Origin: an uncultured Candidatus Saccharibacteria bacterium
Lineage (GTDB): Bacteria; Patescibacteriota; Minisyncoccia; Phycocordibacterales; UBA12088
DNA: 60,166 nt
Direction of reading: 5' to 3'
NCBI GenBank assembly: GCA_964409035.1
Contig: CAYPBQ010000005.1
Span: 1-60,166, forward strand
Shown: in pieces, positions 55,490 to 60,166 of the stretch
Layout: every line of letters starts with the position of its first letter
Numbering within the stretch: the stretch's first letter is position 1
Notes under the pieces: model-generated
Databases searched by the model: none
Told to the model about the DNA's origin: nothing
Seen by the model: the letters and a program-made list of their open reading frames with translations, nothing else
Made by a program: the position numbers and the translations under genes

Positions 55490-56242
55490 TCAGGCAATCT
55501 CTTTATTAAAAATACGAAGCGCTTCCTCAAAATCTCCTGGGAGTGGGGCCTCTACACGTACCCGCTCTCCTGAGGAAGATTCAATCTCAATTACCCTACT
55601 ATGAAGTGCTTGTCGCGTAAACCCAAGCCCACACTGTTGCGTATTTGCGTATTGGGTATCACACAAAATTGGGTGATTTATTGCTTTTAGGTGTACACGT
55701 ATTTGATGGGTGCGTCCTGTTTTTGGCATAGCCTCTATATAAGTATATTCATTGCTGCGCCCCACCACTCGCACATCAGTGCGGGCATCTCGCATAGTAC
55801 CCCGCGCTCCGCGTGTCGCTGACCACTTTCTGAAATCACTTCCAGACCTACCGATAGGTCTGTCTATAGTTAGACGATCATCCTTTATCACTCCCCACAC
55901 AAATGCAACATAAGTTTTTTTAACTAGTCTATCCTTAAATTGATGTTTCAAATGCAAAAAACTCTCTTGTGTCTTAGCAATTACTAATGCTCCTGAGGTG
56001 TCTGTATCTAGCCGATGAACTATACCAGGCTTTTCTATTATTGAGCCGTCTTGAAGACTAATAGGCTCACCAACACCAGCAATTGAAGGAAAGGTACGAA
56101 GTAGCCAGTCAATAAGCGTAGGTGCTTGTGCTCGACCGTCGGGATGCACCATGAGCCCGGCGGGTTTATTGATCACCACCATGTCGTGGTTTTCAAATAG
56201 TATTGTGGGGTTAGGCGCCTCGCCTTCTTTCTCTATTTCCAT
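55490..56242 (-). CDS. RluA-family pseudouridine synthase (no S4 domain)
   Basis: VVINKPAGLMVHP, GIVHRLDTDTSGALVIAK, GRTHQIRVHL. Confidence 0.92.
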   Translation of the reverse strand: MEIEKEGEAPNPTILFENHDMVVINKPAGLMVHPDGRAQAPTLIDWLLRTFPSIAGVGEPISLQDGSIIEKPGIVHRLDTDTSGALVIAKTQESFLHLKHQFKDRLVKKTYVAFVWGVIKDDRLTIDRPIGRSGSDFRKWSATRGARGTMRDARTDVRVVGRSNEYTYIEAMPKTGRTHQIRVHLKAINHPILCDTQYANTQQCGLGFTRQALHSRVIEIESSSGERVRVEAPLPGDFEEALRIFNKEIA

Positions 56243-56897
56243 ATTCGCTCAGTATGGCGTTAAATGTCTCTTTTGAAAATGCCGGCCAATATTCGTCAAC
56301 AAAAAACAGCTCCGAGTAGACAGATTGCCACGGAAGAAATCCAGAAAGTCGTTTTTCTCCTCCAGTACGAATAATGATATCTGGGTCTGGAATACCTTGT
56401 GTCCAAAGCGCATTTGTGACATCTGCCTCAGTCACCTCTTTTTTTCCAGATGCAATTAACCTGTTTACCGCTTCAGTTATTTCTGCCCTTCCTCCATATG
56501 AAAGAGCTAAGGTGACAGTGCATGCTGTATTGCTGTTTGTTATTTCTTCCGCGCGCCGCATACTTGCTTGAAACACCTCATCAAATCTATCTTTTTGTCC
56601 TACGCACCTGATACGTACACCCTCCTTACTTAGCTCATCTGCGTAGCGCTCTATGCCACGGGTAAGCATAGTAAAGAGATGTGTCTTTTCTTCTTCGGTA
56701 CGCTTCCAATTCTCAGTCGAAAATGTGTAGATGATAAGGTGCGCAACTCCAGCTTCTTTTGCCCACAACACCACATCTTTTATACGCTCACCCCCCTCTT
56801 GGTGCCCCTTATATGTTGGGTAGCCATGCGCTGTTGCCCATCGCCTATTGCCATCAATGATAATACCGATACATGTAGGGGTGTTATGTGCTGCCAT
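56211..56897 (-). CDS. uppS: Undecaprenyl diphosphate synthase
   Basis: IGIIIDGNRRWA, FSTENWKR, IRTGGEKRLSGFLPWQ. Confidence 0.95.
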   Translation of the reverse strand: MAAHNTPTCIGIIIDGNRRWATAHGYPTYKGHQEGGERIKDVVLWAKEAGVAHLIIYTFSTENWKRTEEEKTHLFTMLTRGIERYADELSKEGVRIRCVGQKDRFDEVFQASMRRAEEITNSNTACTVTLALSYGGRAEITEAVNRLIASGKKEVTEADVTNALWTQGIPDPDIIIRTGGEKRLSGFLPWQSVYSELFFVDEYWPAFSKETFNAILSEYGNRERRRGA

Positions 56898-57177
56898 CAG
56901 TAGTGATAACTATATCAAAGTAGGAAAAGGTTTCAGATAATTCCTTTTTCCAGACAACTTGCACAAATGAGATTTCTGAAAGCGCGTTTCCCTTCTCTAC
57001 CTCCTTAAGAAACTTTTTCAAAACGGCTTCATACCCTTGAGCTATCACTCGGACAGAGCCGTCTTTTTGGTTAGAAACACAGCCAACAACACCCAGTTTT
57101 TCTGCGGTGTCGTGAACAAATTCCCTAAAAAATACCCCTTGCACCTTCCCAGTAATACTGATTAACACCTCTTTCAT
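56884..57177 (-). CDS. acyP: Acylphosphatase
   Basis: ITGKVQGVFFREFV...GCVSNQKDGSVRVIAQG. Confidence 0.85.
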   Translation of the reverse strand: MKEVLISITGKVQGVFFREFVHDTAEKLGVVGCVSNQKDGSVRVIAQGYEAVLKKFLKEVEKGNALSEISFVQVVWKKELSETFSYFDIVITTDGST

Positions 57178-57215
57178 ACCACCACCCTATCACACCTCCA
57201 CACCAATAAAAGCAA

Positions 57216-60152
57216 CTACTCTACTATCACCACTCTAGTACTCGTTGCACTATTCCCTGCAAGGTCAGTAGCCACATACACCACTTCATGCTCACCTGCT
57301 ACTGCGGTATCAATAGATACGGCAGTTACTTCCACATTGTTGTAGTAGGTTCTTAATATGGCGACGCCACTATCATCTACTGCTACCGCGCCTAAATCTG
57401 CATAGGTGTCTCCCACAAGTACATTAGCGGGGTTGTTTCCAGAGATGGTGATGGTGGGAGGGGTTGTGTCAGATGGAGTCTCTGGTGGGGATTCTGGTTC
57501 ATTACTATTACCCAATCCATTTTCTAACTCTTCTATTCTAAGGCGCAACTCTGCTATTTCTGCATCATGCGTATCAAGCCGTGCAAGTATATTATAGAGT
57601 GTGTCATTTATCTCTAAGAGAGAGTCTCTCACCTCCCTAAACCCCTTCACAAGGAGCGCAAGCACCGCTCTGTCGTCAATACCAGATATCGTACTTGAGG
57701 CATTGTAGGTAGCAAGATGTGGGTTAACCACTGCTACATCTTCTGCAATGAATCCATAGCGAGTACGTCCATCTCCTTCATTATATATAAATGACACTGG
57801 TTGTAGCTGTTCAAGGATGGCACTTGCGCTTTGTGCAAGTGGGGTGATGTCGTGTTTTGTTTCTCTTAGTGATGGTAGGCAACTATCTGATGCGCTGTTG
57901 TATACCACTTGCTTATTTGCAGTGAGACACAGTGACCCTGCTCCCGTGGAGCCGGTGAGTCCGTCAAAGCCTACAGTGCCGGTTACTGAAAGTGTACGCC
58001 ATGGGGTGGTGGTGCCGATGCCGACAGAGCCGGTTTGCTGAATAACCATTCGCGCCGAAAAATCAGCCTGATTGTCAGCGGCACTCGCATTGGTTGCGCT
58101 ACCAAAATACAAAGTTCCGCTCGCTCCAACTATTCCCCATGTATCTGCCGTTGATGGTTCCTGCAAATATATTCCACCAAGAAAATCGGATGTGGATTGT
58201 TTTATACTCAATCTCCCATAAGGCCCCGTCGTCCCAATGCCGACGTTGCCGCCATTTGGGTTCAAAGCCAAATTATAGTTTACAGCCAAGTTACCAAAGT
58301 TGGTTGACTGTATCCAACCATAAGACGAGGTAACATTCATTCCGAAATCAAGAGTTTCGCCATATCCACCACCAGGAGTTAAGCGTAGTATTCCATTCTG
58401 AGTTGTGCCACTTGTTGCCGGAACACCTTGACCAGTACCACTCACTCCTTGGTTAATTTGCAATTTCTGTGTCGGTGTCGCGGTCCCAATACCGACAGAG
58501 CCGGTGCTATCTACCCTCATCCGTTCACTAGCTGCAAAATTTCCGCCAACTGAGTTCGTCCAAAAGGATATAGCCGTCCCTGCAGCACTGTCACGGTTAA
58601 AGGCAACCGCAGCGCCACCACCACCACCCGATTCAAACGTCAATGCTGAGTAATTGGTGTTGTTATAAGTTCCACGTAAATGAATGCCGGAGAAATCCAA
58701 TACACTCGATGAATACGATCTCGCAGAGTTTGCCATTGCAACGTCTAACTTCGCCCCTGGCGCTGTCGTCCCGATACCGACAGAGCCATTAGCTTGAATC
58801 TTCATAAGGTCACCACCACCCGCACTCGTAAATAGCCAAGACTCCGTCGTGCCACAACCAGAAGTTCCAAACTTCAATTGCCGTGTTCCTTCAATATAAT
58901 CTGCATACATTCCGCATGAGTCTGTTGCATTACTTGCAAAGTACAGCGCCCCACCCCCAATATCCAAGGCGCCTGCCGGATTCGTCGTCCCGATACCGAC
59001 GTTGCCGTTATCTGAATCAATTACCAAATAGTCAGTCATTCCCTCATGGCCGGAAGCATTTGAGCCAATTGCAAAATTATTGGCATCATTATCGTGCGTT
59101 CCTACTCCCCAATAAACAGAACTTGCATTTGAACTATTAAAGACTATCCGCGGGACAATATTTCCCGATACGGTGATACCGTCATAGGTGTTAGTAGAAG
59201 CAACTACCAACTTCGCCCCTGGCGCTGTCGTCCCGATGCCTACAGAGCCGCCCGCCCTCAGAGTTAGTGCATTGATGCCGGTGTTCTGTTCGTAGAAACG
59301 AAGATCTGTTGCTGAACCGTTCGTATAATTATAAATAGACCAGTATTTACCCACCGAATTATTTTCAAGTGTGAGTGCGTTTCCGTTGTGAGCTGCGCTC
59401 ACAACAAATTTACCAGTCGTTGGGGTTGTTGTTCCGATACCGACGTTGCCACCATCTGGATTAAGCACTAGCGGTGATGACGCCCCAAAACCTGCTGTGT
59501 ATGATTGGATCCTACCAGCATTTGAGTCTGCACCAATTGCTGTTAACCTACCTGCAGCACCAAGCTGAAATACACCCACATTAGAACTTCCGCTATCTAC
59601 AACATGCAGCTTATTACTTGGCGTTGTTGTCCCAATACCAAGCCTTCCGGCATTTGTTAATACCATTTTTTCTGAACCTGCTGAACCGTTATATCCAGTG
59701 TAGAATCTATGATTAACTTGTGAGAAATAGTCTAAATCACCTTCACTGATTCCAAAACCAAAATAATTATTAGCACCACTACTCCAAAGTGTTATCTTAT
59801 TTGGATAGGTACCCGGGTCGGAGTAGTTTGTTCCTAAATCTAATTTAGAAACAGGTGCTGTTGTCCCGATACCGACGTTGCCGCTCGTGTCTATTCTCAC
59901 TTTCTCTGCTCCATTCACCCCAAACAACATTGGCGTATTGGAACGATTCCACAAATAGACATAGCCTGCATCCTGTTGAATATCAAAAGATGCTGCGCCA
60001 AGCGCATTTCCATTACCGGCAATAGAAATTCCCGCTGTTCCAGTGGCAGGAGCAATAGCAGAAATTTGAGTTCCGCCAGTTGTATAGACCTGTAATCTTG
60101 TCCCCGGCGTCGTTGTCCCGATACCGACGTTGCCAAGTTTATCTATAAACAT
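57216..60152 (-). CDS. Tail-fibre-like repeat protein with Peptidase_S74 intramolecular-chaperone domain and C-terminal Ig-like (DUF5011-like) domain; probably 5'-truncated by the window edge
   Basis: Ten (G/S)-(N/S)-VGIGTT-x-P repeats and an S74-like block SLRETKHDITPL...LQPVSFIY...YGFIAEDV. These are followed by a coiled coil and then DTTPPTITISGNNPANVLVGDTYADLGA...VATDLAGNSAT. The frame is still open upstream of 60152 to base 60166. Confidence 0.85.
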   Translation of the reverse strand: MFIDKLGNVGIGTTTPGTRLQVYTTGGTQISAIAPATGTAGISIAGNGNALGAASFDIQQDAGYVYLWNRSNTPMLFGVNGAEKVRIDTSGNVGIGTTAPVSKLDLGTNYSDPGTYPNKITLWSSGANNYFGFGISEGDLDYFSQVNHRFYTGYNGSAGSEKMVLTNAGRLGIGTTTPSNKLHVVDSGSSNVGVFQLGAAGRLTAIGADSNAGRIQSYTAGFGASSPLVLNPDGGNVGIGTTTPTTGKFVVSAAHNGNALTLENNSVGKYWSIYNYTNGSATDLRFYEQNTGINALTLRAGGSVGIGTTAPGAKLVVASTNTYDGITVSGNIVPRIVFNSSNASSVYWGVGTHDNDANNFAIGSNASGHEGMTDYLVIDSDNGNVGIGTTNPAGALDIGGGALYFASNATDSCGMYADYIEGTRQLKFGTSGCGTTESWLFTSAGGGDLMKIQANGSVGIGTTAPGAKLDVAMANSARSYSSSVLDFSGIHLRGTYNNTNYSALTFESGGGGGAAVAFNRDSAAGTAISFWTNSVGGNFAASERMRVDSTGSVGIGTATPTQKLQINQGVSGTGQGVPATSGTTQNGILRLTPGGGYGETLDFGMNVTSSYGWIQSTNFGNLAVNYNLALNPNGGNVGIGTTGPYGRLSIKQSTSDFLGGIYLQEPSTADTWGIVGASGTLYFGSATNASAADNQADFSARMVIQQTGSVGIGTTTPWRTLSVTGTVGFDGLTGSTGAGSLCLTANKQVVYNSASDSCLPSLRETKHDITPLAQSASAILEQLQPVSFIYNEGDGRTRYGFIAEDVAVVNPHLATYNASSTISGIDDRAVLALLVKGFREVRDSLLEINDTLYNILARLDTHDAEIAELRLRIEELENGLGNSNEPESPPETPSDTTPPTITISGNNPANVLVGDTYADLGAVAVDDSGVAILRTYYNNVEVTAVSIDTAVAGEHEVVYVATDLAGNSATSTRVVIVE
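57990..60145 (-). repeat. Ten dispersed coding DNA repeats (about 25-45 nt conserved cores) spaced roughly 195-280 nt apart
   Basis: The plus-strand core gtcgtcccgataccgac(g/a)(t/g)(t/a)gcc recurs near 58020, 58245, 58490, 58770, 58995, 59240, 59440, 59635, 59865 and 60125. The 58746-58790 and 59211-59255 copies share cttcgcccctggcgctgtcgtcccgat. Confidence 0.85.
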
Positions 60153-60166
60153 TGATGAGGTGAAAG

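Noticed and set aside
57990-60145. A regularly spaced repeat array, considered as a CRISPR.
   Set aside because: The repeats are in-frame codons for the VGIGTT peptide within one long ORF. The spacing of 195-280 nt is too large and irregular, and there are no cas genes.
1-60166. An alternative genetic code with UGA recoded, as in some CPR lineages.
   Set aside because: TGA cleanly terminates prkA, and conserved proteins are full length under code 11 with no in-frame TGA interruptions.

Overview
A roughly 40% GC chromosomal segment, with about 48 of 55 genes on the minus strand. It is dominated by housekeeping genes: a partial 23S rRNA, rplJ-rplL, secE-nusG-rplK, rpsF-ssb-rpsR, rplS, efp, ftsK, recA, recO, glyA, dcd, uppS, nrdJ and five aminoacyl-tRNA synthetases (metG, glyQS, ileS, argS). 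Two tRNAs are present, His-GTG and Leu-GAG. Several traits suggest a reduced-genome Patescibacteria/CPR-like bacterium, by inference only: an unlinked 23S, giant S/T-rich surface proteins, peptidoglycan-binding/LTD proteins, a GIGTT-repeat tail-fibre-like protein and few Shine-Dalgarno sites. Standard code 11 fits, since TGA terminates long conserved ORFs. The main anomaly is a ~5 kb, much more GC-rich block (46.4-51.4 kb). It encodes the conserved PrkA/YeaG - YhbH/YeaH - SpoVR/YcgB triad, each gene with a strong SD and its own hairpin terminator. It sits between tRNA-His and a host-composition FIST - histidine kinase - tandem-REC operon. Other notable items are an IleRS with an in-frame histidine-phosphatase domain insertion, a B12-salvage module next to class II RNR, a decayed inverted tRNA 3' fragment beside tRNA-His, a 45-nt expansion hairpin in 23S domain I, and a tail-fibre-like protein whose S74 chaperone domain is followed by an extra Ig-like domain. 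I saw no CRISPR array, transposase or integrase. All homology calls come from reading motifs by eye, since no searches could be run.
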